Positions 9,152 through 18,046 of a stretch of DNA of 64,000 bases are shown here, in pieces. The notes under the pieces are model-generated. The model did not search any database. It had not been told where the DNA came from and was given only the letters and a program-made list of their open reading frames with translations. This DNA is from a virus (taxonomy: Duplodnaviria > Heunggongvirae > Uroviricota > Caudoviricetes): the IMG/VR virus record IMGVR_UViG_3300033066_001908, one strand, 5' to 3'. Position 1 is the first letter of the stretch; every line of letters starts with the position of its first letter. Position numbers and translations under genes: made by a program.

Positions 9152-9834
9152 TACCCGTGTTGGAGGAAGAAGTCAGCCAGTTTTTCAACAGCGTCACACC
9201 ATTCCAGCACGCGCTTTTTGGAGACGTTGTCCGATTCAAGCACGAAGAGCAGAGGCCGCTGATCGAACCAGTCGGAATAGCAGATGCGATCCCAGTACAG
9301 CACACAGGATTTTTTGAGGAATTCCCCAATCATATTCAGCCGCAGGCAGTTTACGCCTTGCAAGATCTGGTTCATCCGGTCGCCAAGGATCTCCGGGGCC
9401 AGGTAGCCACGATCATGCAGCCACTCGGGCACCCGCCGAAGCATTGTCGCACCGGCAATACAAACCTCGCACTTGCAGACATTGTCGTGTCCGCTGGGCG
9501 TCAGGCGCCGCTTGCTTCGGACCGTGACCCACTGGGTACCGTCGTAGACCACATCGTCATTGGCCAGCACAGTACGCACGTCGCCAATGATTTGCTTCAT
9601 AAACTCTGACGGGATACTGGAAAGTTCTTCGAACGTCTTCAGAACCTTCGGTTGAAATTCCTTGATCGCAGGATTGGGTTGCCAGTCTTCCCGCGTGATC
9701 ATGTTGAAGTCCTTCGGATGACAGGTCTTTTTAGCGGAATTGGTTGATAAGGCTCTGTCCAGTCGCCAGCTCGTACCTCGTCCCAGGTGATATCGTCTGT
9801 GTCCTTCTCTTCGCCGTTTTCGTCCCACGGCCAA
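9148..9834 (-). CDS. Hypothetical protein (228 aa)
   Basis: ORF overlapping the HNH gene start by 4 nt (coupled). No motif recognised. Confidence 0.45.
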   Translation of the reverse strand: MAVGRKRRREGHRRYHLGRGTSWRLDRALSTNSAKKTCHPKDFNMITREDWQPNPAIKEFQPKVLKTFEELSSIPSEFMKQIIGDVRTVLANDDVVYDGTQWVTVRSKRRLTPSGHDNVCKCEVCIAGATMLRRVPEWLHDRGYLAPEILGDRMNQILQGVNCLRLNMIGEFLKKSCVLYWDRICYSDWFDQRPLLFVLESDNVSKKRVLEWCDAVEKLADFFLQHGY

Positions 9835-10166
9835 GGATACTCTGGATCGTAGAAGATATTGTCGAACGGCAGCTGCATCTCGCTTGGTGTCTGTTCTTGA
9901 TAAAACAGGTCGTTCAAAAACCGGCAGTAAGCCTGCGCATCTTCCAGCTTATCGTATACGACATGCTGCAGCAGGACGCCTTCGTTGGCCCAGGTGACCT
10001 CGTCGTTTGAATCCCAGTCTGGAGATCCAACCACCCACTGCGATGGCAACTCTTCCACCACGGGGTGTTCAAATACAGGGACGCCTGGCGGTGCAGCTTC
10101 CAGCTCTGGTGCTGTTAGAAATCTGCCCTGTCGCCAAATCAGCAACCCAGGTCTAGTTTTCGACAT
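9699..10166 (-). CDS. Hypothetical acidic Trp-rich protein (155 aa)
   Basis: ORF. Start uncertain because of a 136-nt overlap with the upstream ORF. Confidence 0.4.
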   Translation of the reverse strand: MSKTRPGLLIWRQGRFLTAPELEAAPPGVPVFEHPVVEELPSQWVVGSPDWDSNDEVTWANEGVLLQHVVYDKLEDAQAYCRFLNDLFYQEQTPSEMQLPFDNIFYDPEYPWPWDENGEEKDTDDITWDEVRAGDWTEPYQPIPLKRPVIRRTST

Positions 10167-10169
10167 AGT

Positions 10170-10316
10170 TACTCCGGTTTAGAAGAACCAGGGGAAAAAC
10201 GGCGCGAACTTAATGTAAACGCCCACAGCGTGTAAAAGCTTCCAGGTGAGTTTGCAGCACTCCCAGCACTCGCTCTTAAAGAATTCCCAAGTCCATTCTT
10301 GCTCTTCTGGGTACAT
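10170..10316 (-). CDS. Small Trp/Cys/Phe-rich ORF (48 aa), translationally coupled
   Basis: Manual translation gives MYPEEQEWTWEFFKSECWECCKLTWKLLHAVGVYIKFAPFFPWFF. There is a GGAGGA SD. The ATG overlaps the stop of the upstream gene as TAATG. It is below the 60-aa track cutoff. Confidence 0.3.
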
Positions 10317-10678
10317 TATTCCTCCGTGACGTGTCGTCCAGATCGTAGTCGAACAGCCCGATGATGCCGGGTGGAGACCTTTGGCGCAACCTTCTTGTTG
10401 TGCAGGCTCCCAAAGTCATCAAGATATGGAATTTCAAAACTGGCTGCCAGACGACGTCCAGCTTGTTCAGCTTCCTCCTTGGTATTGAACACTTCAGTGG
10501 ACACCTTGGAGTTCTTCCAGATTTCGTGTCCTTTGCCGCCTTTGGTGATGTGTTTAATGAAAATGCTGGCTTTGTACCGCTCAACATCCGGGTTCCCACC
10601 GAAGCCCTTTTTGAATTCACCAACGTGTGCGGCCACGCAGCCCTGCTTCAGTTCTTCAACTGTTGGGTCAGCTGCCAT
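10316..10678 (-). CDS. Hypothetical protein (120 aa)
   Basis: ORF. Its upstream region carries a variant of the conserved AT-rich motif. Confidence 0.45.
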   Translation of the reverse strand: MAADPTVEELKQGCVAAHVGEFKKGFGGNPDVERYKASIFIKHITKGGKGHEIWKNSKVSTEVFNTKEEAEQAGRRLAASFEIPYLDDFGSLHNKKVAPKVSTRHHRAVRLRSGRHVTEE

Positions 10679-10795
10679 GTTGCCCTTTCCACAAATTTAT
10701 TAGAGCCAATAAGATCGGCCTGTTGAGTTTTCTTTTTGGCCCGGCTATCTTCAAGCCGAGCACGAGGCACCATTTTATCATGAATAGGGACGTTC

Positions 10796-11791
10796 ATGCG
10801 CGAAGTTCGCAATATCCCACAGGGACAAGCTGGTCGGCAAATCTATCGACGCAGTGGGCCAATTCGCCGGCATCCTGAGACGGATCTCAAGAGGCCCGCA
10901 ACAGAATTCTTGACCAACGTCATCAACAACACTGTCCGGTTGGACTTGCCACATGGCTGTTTCAATGCCGGTATGGTAGCCGCCAAGGATGGTGACGGCT
11001 TCATTATGGTCTTTCGGCCGAACGAGTTTGCTTTCTCAATCTGTCGTTTGGACAGGAACTACAAGATCATCACGCCACCGTGTGATCTGGGAATCACAAA
11101 CTGTGCGGATCCCCGCTTAATCTGGCTGGCTGATGGCCGTCTGATGATGATCTACTCGTCATACAACGATGATCCACTGGACCCAGTGGAGTGCATGCGC
11201 GGCGCGATCCTGCTGGATCCAGACGTGCATCCCACTTTGTTCCTGGCGCCTGTGCGGGCGTTTCGGATCAGCCCGCCATCGCCGGAGCGGCAGAAAAACT
11301 GGATGCCGTTCCTGTTCGAGGAAAAGCTCCATCTCATCTCCAGCGTGCGTCCGCACACAATCTGGACCTGGGACAAGCCAGGTAAGGTCGCCGACAAGGC
11401 GTACGAAACCGACTACATCTCACCCTGGTTCTGTCCGGAATTCTTCCGCGGCAACACCAATGCGGTCCAGTTGGCTGATGGCAATTATCTTGGCACGTTC
11501 CACACTGTCATGCGGGAACGTGAGATGCACTTTTACGATAACGGTTGTTATGTCTTCGAAGGCAAGCCGCCGTTCAAAGTGTTGCGTTGTTCGCGCCGCT
11601 GCTATTTGCCCGCTGAGGGCGCCTGCGAACCGCACTACCGAAAACAGTATCGCATCACTGTCTGTTTCCCGGTTGGAATGGTCCGTGATGGCGAAAAGCT
11701 GTTGATCTCTTACGGTGACAACGATTCTTCGGTTAAGATCGGCGAGACGACTGTCGAGCAAATGCTTTCAACCACAATGCCAGTTTACTAG
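10796..11791 (+). CDS. GH130-family-like beta-propeller protein (DUF377-like; glycoside phosphorylase/transferase-like)
   Basis: CFNAGMVAAKDGDGFIMVFRPNE, ADPRLIWLADGRLMMIY, RQKNWMPFLFEEKLHLISSVRP and C-terminal ISYGDNDSSVKIGETTVEQM resemble the GH130 fNpg, DPR, KNxxLFPEK and YGAAD blocks. The N-terminal 50 aa are Arg-rich, so the start is uncertain. Confidence 0.45.
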   Translation: MREVRNIPQGQAGRQIYRRSGPIRRHPETDLKRPATEFLTNVINNTVRLDLPHGCFNAGMVAAKDGDGFIMVFRPNEFAFSICRLDRNYKIITPPCDLGITNCADPRLIWLADGRLMMIYSSYNDDPLDPVECMRGAILLDPDVHPTLFLAPVRAFRISPPSPERQKNWMPFLFEEKLHLISSVRPHTIWTWDKPGKVADKAYETDYISPWFCPEFFRGNTNAVQLADGNYLGTFHTVMREREMHFYDNGCYVFEGKPPFKVLRCSRRCYLPAEGACEPHYRKQYRITVCFPVGMVRDGEKLLISYGDNDSSVKIGETTVEQMLSTTMPVY

Positions 11792-11798
11792 GAACGCC

Positions 11799-12347
11799 AT
11801 GCCCGTTTACATGAATGTGAAACCAATCACGTACTATCCGGACAAGGAACTTGTTGCCCGGAAGTTGTTTGAAGGAATCGAATTTACGTCGATCCTGGAT
11901 GTCGGTGCCGGACACGGCGGGGTGTTTGATCTGGATCGTTGGGAGCGTGATCCCAAGGTGACCCGCAAGGAAGCCTGCGACCTCTTCTGGATTCGGACGA
12001 TGCCCGAAGGCTGGATCACCCGGTTGGAAGTCGATGCTTGTGAACTCGACAAGCACTACCAACCGAACTCGTTTGACTTTGTGCAGTGCTGCGAAGTCCT
12101 GGAACACATCCCGGACAACAAGCGGGCACTCGAGCAGCTCGTGAAGGTGGCCAAGAAGGCTGTGTTCATCACCAGCGCAGACGAGATGCACCATATCGGA
12201 CCTGAGCAGGAAGCCATCGAGAAGTTTAACAAGCATCAGGCCTATGTGGGTCAACCGAAGATCAAAGATCTCGAAGACCTTGGCTTCGAAGTCCGTGTGA
12301 CCGACGACGCAATGCGTCAGATTGTCGCCTGGTTGATCAAAAAGTAG
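11799..12347 (+). CDS. Class I SAM-dependent methyltransferase
   Basis: Motif I ILDVGAGHGGVF and post-I/II FDFVQCCEVLEHIPD. Start taken at the ATG after the upstream stop. Confidence 0.55.
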   Translation: MPVYMNVKPITYYPDKELVARKLFEGIEFTSILDVGAGHGGVFDLDRWERDPKVTRKEACDLFWIRTMPEGWITRLEVDACELDKHYQPNSFDFVQCCEVLEHIPDNKRALEQLVKVAKKAVFITSADEMHHIGPEQEAIEKFNKHQAYVGQPKIKDLEDLGFEVRVTDDAMRQIVAWLIKK

Positions 12348-12353
12348 ATCATT

Positions 12354-12941
12354 ATGCGCTGCGTGTATAGAATTATTGAAACTACAACCGGTAAATTTTA
12401 CATCGGTAGTACGGCAAACACCCAAACACGTTGGGCTTGGCATCGTACTACGTTGCACCGGGGCACGCATCACTCGAAACATCTCCAACGGGCTTGGAAC
12501 AAATACGGAGCCGACGCCTTTCGCTTTGAATCTGTTGAAGATTGCACCAACTGCGATGACGCCCAGCTACTGGCTAGAGAACAGGCTTGGTTAGACAAAA
12601 CAGAATGTTGGCGACGGGCGTTTGGTTTTAACATTTCCAAAAGTGCCGATGCGCCATGGCGAGGACGTAAACATTCAACCGAGACACGGGCCAAGATGTC
12701 AAAAACACGACAAGGTCGTGTGGTCTCAGAAGAAACAAAGCGCAAAATTGCCCAAAGTTTGAGTGGACGTAAACGACCAACTGAAGTGGTCGAGAAAATG
12801 CGGGCAAGTCTGCAGGGTCGAAAACTCACAGAAGAACACAAAGCCAACATCGGGCGTAGTGGGTTAGGTCGAGTCGTAACAGAAGCCACAAGAAATAAAA
12901 TTGCGGCTGCACGTCGCGGACAGAAAGCAGTCAATGCCTGA
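12354..12941 (+). CDS. GIY-YIG homing endonuclease with NUMOD3-like repeats (I-TevI-like)
   Basis: N-terminal VYRIIETTTGKFYIGST...R...N.. is the GIY-YIG core. Three HSTETRAKMSKTRQGR / SEETKRKIAQSLSGRK / TEEHKANIGRSGLGR repeats are NUMOD3-like DNA-binding motifs. It sits freestanding between the MTase and GT genes. Confidence 0.75.
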   Translation: MRCVYRIIETTTGKFYIGSTANTQTRWAWHRTTLHRGTHHSKHLQRAWNKYGADAFRFESVEDCTNCDDAQLLAREQAWLDKTECWRRAFGFNISKSADAPWRGRKHSTETRAKMSKTRQGRVVSEETKRKIAQSLSGRKRPTEVVEKMRASLQGRKLTEEHKANIGRSGLGRVVTEATRNKIAAARRGQKAVNA

Positions 12942-13995
12942 TATTTCGTTGCTGATTCACACCGCGTCAACCGACAACTTCATGGCTGGACAAGGAATTC
13001 CGAGCTACTTTGTCGCGTTGATCGAAAACCTTAACCAGCAGAAGCATGACAGCTTCGAGCTGGTCTATACCGATACGTTCCACGAAGAGAATCGTGCCAC
13101 GTTCCACTGGGTCATCAAGACTGCCAAGTTCCCAGTGAAGCATGTCGCGATTCATCGTGAACACCGATACTGGTTCGACCAGGGGTTGTGCTATATCAGC
13201 GCGGCGAAGAATACCGGAATCCTTTACGCGGATGGGGAGCTGTGCATCACTTGTGACGACGCGGAGTTCTTCCCAGACCAGTTGTTCAAACAATACTGGT
13301 GGCACTATAAGAACCAGGGCCGCTACATGCACGCGCTTCACAAGCGGATGAAGCGGATTGATGTCGAGAACAACGTCCCCAAGATGCCGATCTCAGGCGA
13401 CTTCTACGTCAATGACCACAGGTGGGACCGGTTGCATGGTCGTCCGTGCAATGTACACCGCTACGGCACCCTGCTGTTCGCCGGCACGTCCTTCTCTCTG
13501 GAAGATGCCTTGCAGCTCAATGGCTTCAACGAGCGTATGGACGGCTGCAAGGGGCTGGAAGACTGCGATTTCGGCTGTCGGATGCACTGGCTCGGCCGAT
13601 CGTTCGCGGTCGACCGTGACGGCTGGCTGGCTATCGTGGATCATCCGAACTACAGTGACATCGTTGAGACCGGACCTGACGGCCAACAGCACGCGATGCC
13701 ACTTGTGACACGTAAAAAAATCGACAACTTGATTGCCGTGGAAAACCACGGCATGCTGCGGTGCGGTGTTGAGATTCCTGAGCCGCGGGCAAACTGCCAG
13801 CCGCTCGGCAAGGCGCACTGGGACATCATTCAACGAGAGACGTTGAAGTACCGGGGCTTTGATCCACTCGCACCCGAAAACGCCGACAAGTTGGAAATCT
13901 GGAAGCAAACTCCTATGTTCGATCTGCGTAAGCAGCGCGAAGAACTCCGTCACTCTCCTGAATGGGCTGTACTCAATGTCAAACGCTCAACTTGA
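12934..13995 (+). CDS. Putative GT-A fold glycosyltransferase
   Basis: Start taken at MPDISLLIHTAS, which overlaps the GIY-YIG stop. N-terminal ISLLIHTAS and the later GELCITCDDAEF (DxD-like) fit a GT-A nucleotide-sugar transferase. Family unclear. Confidence 0.4.
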   Translation: MPDISLLIHTASTDNFMAGQGIPSYFVALIENLNQQKHDSFELVYTDTFHEENRATFHWVIKTAKFPVKHVAIHREHRYWFDQGLCYISAAKNTGILYADGELCITCDDAEFFPDQLFKQYWWHYKNQGRYMHALHKRMKRIDVENNVPKMPISGDFYVNDHRWDRLHGRPCNVHRYGTLLFAGTSFSLEDALQLNGFNERMDGCKGLEDCDFGCRMHWLGRSFAVDRDGWLAIVDHPNYSDIVETGPDGQQHAMPLVTRKKIDNLIAVENHGMLRCGVEIPEPRANCQPLGKAHWDIIQRETLKYRGFDPLAPENADKLEIWKQTPMFDLRKQREELRHSPEWAVLNVKRST

Positions 13996-14620
13996 AGCAC
14001 TCATGCTCGACGTTCGTCGAGTGTTGCCAACTCTTGAAGGTTGGTGCAAACCGGAAAAGGCAGAAATGCTCTGCAAATTCATCCTGGCTGATCGACCTGA
14101 ACTGGTCGTTGAACTGGGCGTGTTTGGCGGCAGCAGCTTTGTCCCGCAACTGATGGCACTTCGGGTCAACGGCACGGGACACGGCCACGGGATTGACCCG
14201 TGGTCTGTTGATGCCGCCCTGGAGGAAATGAAACTCGATGCCAACAAGGACTGGTGGGGCTCGCTGGACCTGCAGGCAGTCTACAACCGGCTGGTCGACC
14301 ATCTGAACGCCAACGGCTTGGCCTCGTATGCTTCACTCCACCAGGCTAAAGCGGAAGACATGGTCGACAGTTTCGGCGATCAGTCAATTGGCTTGCTGCA
14401 CATCGACGGTAACCACGGAGAAGAGCATTCCTATGCGGATGCCACGCTCTGGTTCCCGAAGGTCAAGGACAATGGCCTGATTTGCTTTGATGATATCTGG
14501 TGGACTGAAGGCGGAACCGATCCAACCACACGCCGGGCACTGCTGTTCTTGTTGGAACGCTGCACCCGGGTGGATTTGGTTGGTGACTGTATGCTGCTGC
14601 GGAAGAATCCCACAGCCTAA
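13976..14620 (+). CDS. Class I SAM-dependent methyltransferase (Methyltransf_24-like, sugar O-MTase-like)
   Basis: LVVELGVFGGSS (motif I) and LLHIDGNHGEEHSYADATLWFPKVKDNGLICFDD match the (F/L)xDGxHxYE..d..pGGvi.fDD pattern of Methyltransf_24. Start taken at the internal ATG (MSNAQLE) at 13976. Confidence 0.6.
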   Translation: MSNAQLEALMLDVRRVLPTLEGWCKPEKAEMLCKFILADRPELVVELGVFGGSSFVPQLMALRVNGTGHGHGIDPWSVDAALEEMKLDANKDWWGSLDLQAVYNRLVDHLNANGLASYASLHQAKAEDMVDSFGDQSIGLLHIDGNHGEEHSYADATLWFPKVKDNGLICFDDIWWTEGGTDPTTRRALLFLLERCTRVDLVGDCMLLRKNPTA

Positions 14621-14922
14621 GTTGCCTGTTCTACAAACACATATTCGATCGCTGACCACCGGAAACCATAGACACGTTTACCGTGGAGCTTGCTCCGAAA
14701 GTATTCGATGTGGTAGTCACCAGCCATCGTGAGACCCTGTTTGTAGTGCCCCTCGTAACCGAGGCCCGCTTCAACAGTAAACAGGGAATCACGATCGACA
14801 TGCTTTAGAAACGTCCGGCGGCTGATCGCGATCCGATCATTGATCAGATCAGACAAGCCGCCTTCTTCATCTACGTCGTCTTCGGGCCAGTTGACACAGT
14901 TGCGGTAGAATCCATAGGACAT
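14617..14922 (-). CDS. Hypothetical protein (101 aa)
   Basis: ORF convergent with the plus-strand island; three reading frames overlap in this area. Confidence 0.35.
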   Translation of the reverse strand: MSYGFYRNCVNWPEDDVDEEGGLSDLINDRIAISRRTFLKHVDRDSLFTVEAGLGYEGHYKQGLTMAGDYHIEYFRSKLHGKRVYGFRWSAIEYVFVEQAT

Positions 14923-15155
14923 TCGTCGGCCAGTTCACTTTTGAAGTTGTCTTCGGACATGCGGATGTGCTGCTCAAAGTCGAGCCCGTGCGCATGCGCC
15001 CAGTGCCGCAGGTCAGTCATCAGATCCTGCAGCGTTTCGTCTCTTGCGAGGCTTTGGTGCTGCTCGTAGTGTGGCAGCAGCTCTTCGATCCGTGATACGC
15101 GGTCCTGATTCGTCGGTTCCGTCACCGGCGGAAAGGGGCTCTTCGTCATCATCAT
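14871..15155 (-). CDS. Hypothetical protein (94 aa)
   Basis: ORF. Its ATGATGATG start arises inside the acidic GATGATGAT run of the overlapping frame (see findings). Confidence 0.35.
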   Translation of the reverse strand: MMMTKSPFPPVTEPTNQDRVSRIEELLPHYEQHQSLARDETLQDLMTDLRHWAHAHGLDFEQHIRMSEDNFKSELADECPMDSTATVSTGPKTT

Positions 15156-15420
15156 CCTCTTCTTCAGCTTCGCGGATCTCTGTGATCTTGGCTGACATCT
15201 GATCAGCCAGGTCTTGGTAGTGCGCCCGCTTTTGTTCCAGGTTCTGCAGCCACTCCTTCCGATTGAAGGTGTCGTAGTCTTCCTGGGACAGGATCAGGAC
15301 GTCTCGCCATGGCTGATGCCAACGCCAACCGCCGGGGCCTGGTTGGAGCTGACACTTCTTGCGTGCCAGGTAACAGATCAGTGCCACGGGTAGCAATTTC
15401 AAAATTTGCTGGAACATCAA
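15013..15420 (-). CDS. Hypothetical protein with acidic tract (135 aa)
   Basis: ORF. Its Arg/Ala-rich C-terminal tail overlaps 14871..15155 by 143 nt. Confidence 0.35.
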   Translation of the reverse strand: MMFQQILKLLPVALICYLARKKCQLQPGPGGWRWHQPWRDVLILSQEDYDTFNRKEWLQNLEQKRAHYQDLADQMSAKITEIREAEEEDDDDEEPLSAGDGTDESGPRITDRRAAATLRAAPKPRKRRNAAGSDD

Positions 15421-16004
15421 GTCCTCGCGGGTTTACGTTTTGGATTGGTCGCCTTTTCGAAAGTAAGATCCGAGATTCGGATACAGCCCTTTGGCTTCGT
15501 GTCGTTGCTGATCGTCAGATAGGCCACGTCGCCGACCCAGGTGACACCCGGCCGCGTGATCCCGAAGCCGCCATTAGAGAAGGTGATCGAGCGGTGCATA
15601 CCGATCAGCTGCATGACGTCGTCGATCGCTGTGTCCTGCAGGGCGTCCCAGCGTTCGCAGAGTTCGCTCTTCTTCTTCGCGCGGGGCCGGTATCCGTTGT
15701 CGATGTTCTTGGCGTGACACCAGACGGTCATGTCTGGCGGCGTTTTGAATATCAACGCCTTTAGAACAGTAGTACCGCCCCAGTCCGAGTAAACGAAATC
15801 CTTCGGATCCGCGCCCATCTCCTTTGCAAACTTGCGGATGTTCTTGAACAACTTCGCGCGCCGGTCCAACAACACCTTGATGTCGGCTGACATCTTGGCG
15901 TTGGCTTTCCAATAGGTCTTGGTTTCAGACATGCTTCTTCTCAGGTGGAAGTGGTGGTTTACACAACCGCCGCTCACTCGGGACCGTAGCCAGGTTGATC
16001 GCAT
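15417..16004 (-). CDS. Hypothetical protein (start probably internal, MSETKTYW at 15933)
   Basis: ORF with a basic N-terminus. No motif recognised. Confidence 0.45.
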   Translation of the reverse strand: MRSTWLRSRVSGGCVNHHFHLRRSMSETKTYWKANAKMSADIKVLLDRRAKLFKNIRKFAKEMGADPKDFVYSDWGGTTVLKALIFKTPPDMTVWCHAKNIDNGYRPRAKKKSELCERWDALQDTAIDDVMQLIGMHRSITFSNGGFGITRPGVTWVGDVAYLTISNDTKPKGCIRISDLTFEKATNPKRKPART

Positions 16005-16332
16005 TCATGAGATGCTTCACCAACGACTCCATCCCGGCCGGCGGTAGCGGTGTCTTGCGATTTAGAAACATGGCTACGTGCTTACACGCGCCCAGCAGGT
16101 CCGGCGCCGCAGCGAGCAGTTGGGCATCGGCCCAGGCCTGCTCGTCTGTCCCGCCGGTCAGATTCTCAGTCAGCACCATTGCGACCTGCGGCCCGGCAGT
16201 GCCGTCCGGGGCCTCAAGATAGATGCCGACACCCATAGCGTCTTCGAAGAGCCGCAACTGGCCCTCCGAACGTAAAGTTTTACCGGCCATCGCGGCACTC
16301 CTAGTTTGGTCGGAAATCAGATTCCCAATCAT
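15925..16332 (-). CDS. Hypothetical protein
   Basis: ORF. Probable start MAGKTLRS at about 16290. Confidence 0.4.
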   Translation of the reverse strand: MIGNLISDQTRSAAMAGKTLRSEGQLRLFEDAMGVGIYLEAPDGTAGPQVAMVLTENLTGGTDEQAWADAQLLAAAPDLLGACKHVAMFLNRKTPLPPAGMESLVKHLMNAINLATVPSERRLCKPPLPPEKKHV

Positions 16333-16675
16333 GGTCGTCCATCAGGCTCTCGTAAGCCGCGTCCTGTTCTTCTTGTTCCAGGGCGAGCCGCTGTTCTTCT
16401 TCCTCGCGGAAGTAGTCATCAAACAGACCCGCTTCGCATTCTTCGCGATAGAGATCCTCCGACAACTGCTCCATCTCCGTGAGCCATGGCGGATCCAACC
16501 GTTCGATTTCGAAGGTCTGGTGTTCAACGCGCGTCAGAGCGCGATGTCGCAATCGTTCACTCTTTCGAGTAAACCGTTTCGTCTCGGCGCCGACCTGCAT
16601 CAACGCGAACTTTGCTCCGCGCTTTGGCCCATACTCATAACCAGCACCCTTGTTTCCACGTTTCGATCGCGACAT
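16301..16675 (-). CDS. Hypothetical basic/acidic protein (124 aa)
   Basis: ORF with a basic N-terminus (MSRSKRGNKGAGYEYGPKRGAK) and an acidic C-terminus. Confidence 0.45.
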   Translation of the reverse strand: MSRSKRGNKGAGYEYGPKRGAKFALMQVGAETKRFTRKSERLRHRALTRVEHQTFEIERLDPPWLTEMEQLSEDLYREECEAGLFDDYFREEEEQRLALEQEEQDAAYESLMDDHDWESDFRPN

Positions 16676-16684
16676 GTCCGCTTC

Positions 16685-17092
16685 CTAGTCAGGGAGTTGC
16701 TCAGCCGGTTCACCTGAACCGGGGATCAAAAAGACTGGCAGATTCTGTTTGGTCGACACTTCGTTGAACTTGTTCGTCACGTACTGGCCGAGATCGATCC
16801 CGGCCCGTTGGGCTGCCAGGTCACAGTAACAGACCGTGTCAGCCAACTCTTTTCCAATAGCATCGCGCGCGGCGGCCCGACCTTCTTCCGTGTCCGGGAA
16901 ATCCCCACGCTCGATCTTCTTTGCGAAGTTTGCTGATTCGCCGGCCTCGCCGCACAACGCGTTTGTCCATTGGCTGAGCAGCCAATGGAAGACCCCACCG
17001 GTGGGATGGGCCAGGCCGCCTTGTTTGTTTTTGAACAAGCCTACGCGCTTGGAGTTCGCTTTGCGAAGCTCTTCGAATGTCAATGAAGCCAC
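16685..17092 (-). CDS. mazG: MazG-like nucleotide pyrophosphohydrolase (all-alpha NTP-PPase)
   Basis: LCGEAGESANFAKKIERGD and IGKELADTVCYCDLAAQRAGIDLGQYVTNKFNE match the MazG EExGEL...K...ELGDVLxYLxxLA..xGIDL pattern. GTG start. Confidence 0.6.
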   Translation of the reverse strand: MASLTFEELRKANSKRVGLFKNKQGGLAHPTGGVFHWLLSQWTNALCGEAGESANFAKKIERGDFPDTEEGRAAARDAIGKELADTVCYCDLAAQRAGIDLGQYVTNKFNEVSTKQNLPVFLIPGSGEPAEQLPD

Positions 17093-17250
17093 AATGTGTT
17101 CCTATGTAATCAGATCCCAACAGTTCTTCTTCGGTCGCGATGCCATACACAGCACGTACGACCCACCAGGTACCTTTAACGCGAATGTGTTTGCCTGGCA
17201 CTGCGAACTGGTCTGGAATCCAGCACGTAGTCATCACGATGGCATCGCCC

Positions 17251-17598
17251 TCAGGTCGATGAATGTGACACTGCCGGTAATTCTGCGTCATCTTCGTCCT
17301 CTTCGTCTTCGTCTTCTGCGAGTCCAGCGTCTTCGTTTGAGACCCACATCCAGCACTGGACGTATGCGCCAGGATCGCTGCCTTCGGAAACCACAGTCGA
17401 GAGGCTGTCTACATCGATGTCTTCGCCACCCATGCCTTCAGCAGCGTTAATGTAGGCCTGCTCGGTCTCAGTATAGGTTTCAAACGGCAAATTTGACATC
17501 GCACCGCGCACAGCAGTCTCCAGCTCAATCAACTCCGCGCGAGTCAGCTCCTTGGCTCGATCATTGAAGATCTCCAACACCGTTTTCTTTTTGGCCAT
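17251..17598 (-). CDS. Hypothetical highly acidic protein (115 aa)
   Basis: ORF MAKKKTVLEIF... with a C-terminal EDEDEEDEDDAE tract. Confidence 0.45.
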   Translation of the reverse strand: MAKKKTVLEIFNDRAKELTRAELIELETAVRGAMSNLPFETYTETEQAYINAAEGMGGEDIDVDSLSTVVSEGSDPGAYVQCWMWVSNEDAGLAEDEDEEDEDDAELPAVSHSST

Positions 17599-17640
17599 GA
17601 CTTACCCAAATACGGGACAAGAATTCAAAACTCAACGACG

Positions 17641-17668
17641 AGGCCCCCAGTGTGAACCAGGGGCCTCG
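17641..17668. terminator. GC-rich stem-loop (possible terminator)
   Basis: GAGGCCCC-(12 nt)-GGGGCCTC inverted repeat with an 8-bp stem. Confidence 0.3.
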
Positions 17669-17944
17669 TGTTGAGCATCGTCGCACGCCGGGTGTCCTTC
17701 ATGTGTTGCGGGATTCCGCCGAAGCGGACAGGCAGACACGCCATGGAGCCATCGGGGCGACGAATTAGGTGGGTCCGGCGGAATCGCACCCAGCTCGGGT
17801 ACGATCCGAACGAACATTCGCGTTTTGCGAGCGATGTAGTCGTCGGTCATGCAACCTCCGACATGCGAGCCAATCAGCAGTGGCGCCAATTGGCGTACCG
17901 TGATTCACAGGACCACCTCCTTTCTTTGCGCATCGCGCAAAAGA

Positions 17945-18046
17945 CTAGAAGCTGGGACGCAGCCAAAGAAACAGGAGCGCCGCGTACAAGCAAAGCATCA
18001 GCAAGCAGTAGTTCGGCCAACTGATCAGCTGTTTTGATTCATCCAT
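17945..18046 (-). CDS. Small hydrophobic peptide (33 aa) with strong SD
   Basis: Manual translation gives MDESKQLISWPNYCLLMLCLYAALLFLWLRPSF. A perfect AGGAGG lies 7 nt upstream of the ATG. Below the track cutoff. Confidence 0.4.
   Translation of the reverse strand: MDESKQLISWPNYCLLMLCLYAALLFLWLRPSF

Noticed and set aside
16839-17291. 150-aa minus-strand ORF overlapping the MazG gene
   Set aside because: It overlaps most of the motif-bearing MazG frame in another frame. Only its 5' portion (about 17100-17291) could be a real small gene, and that could not be resolved.
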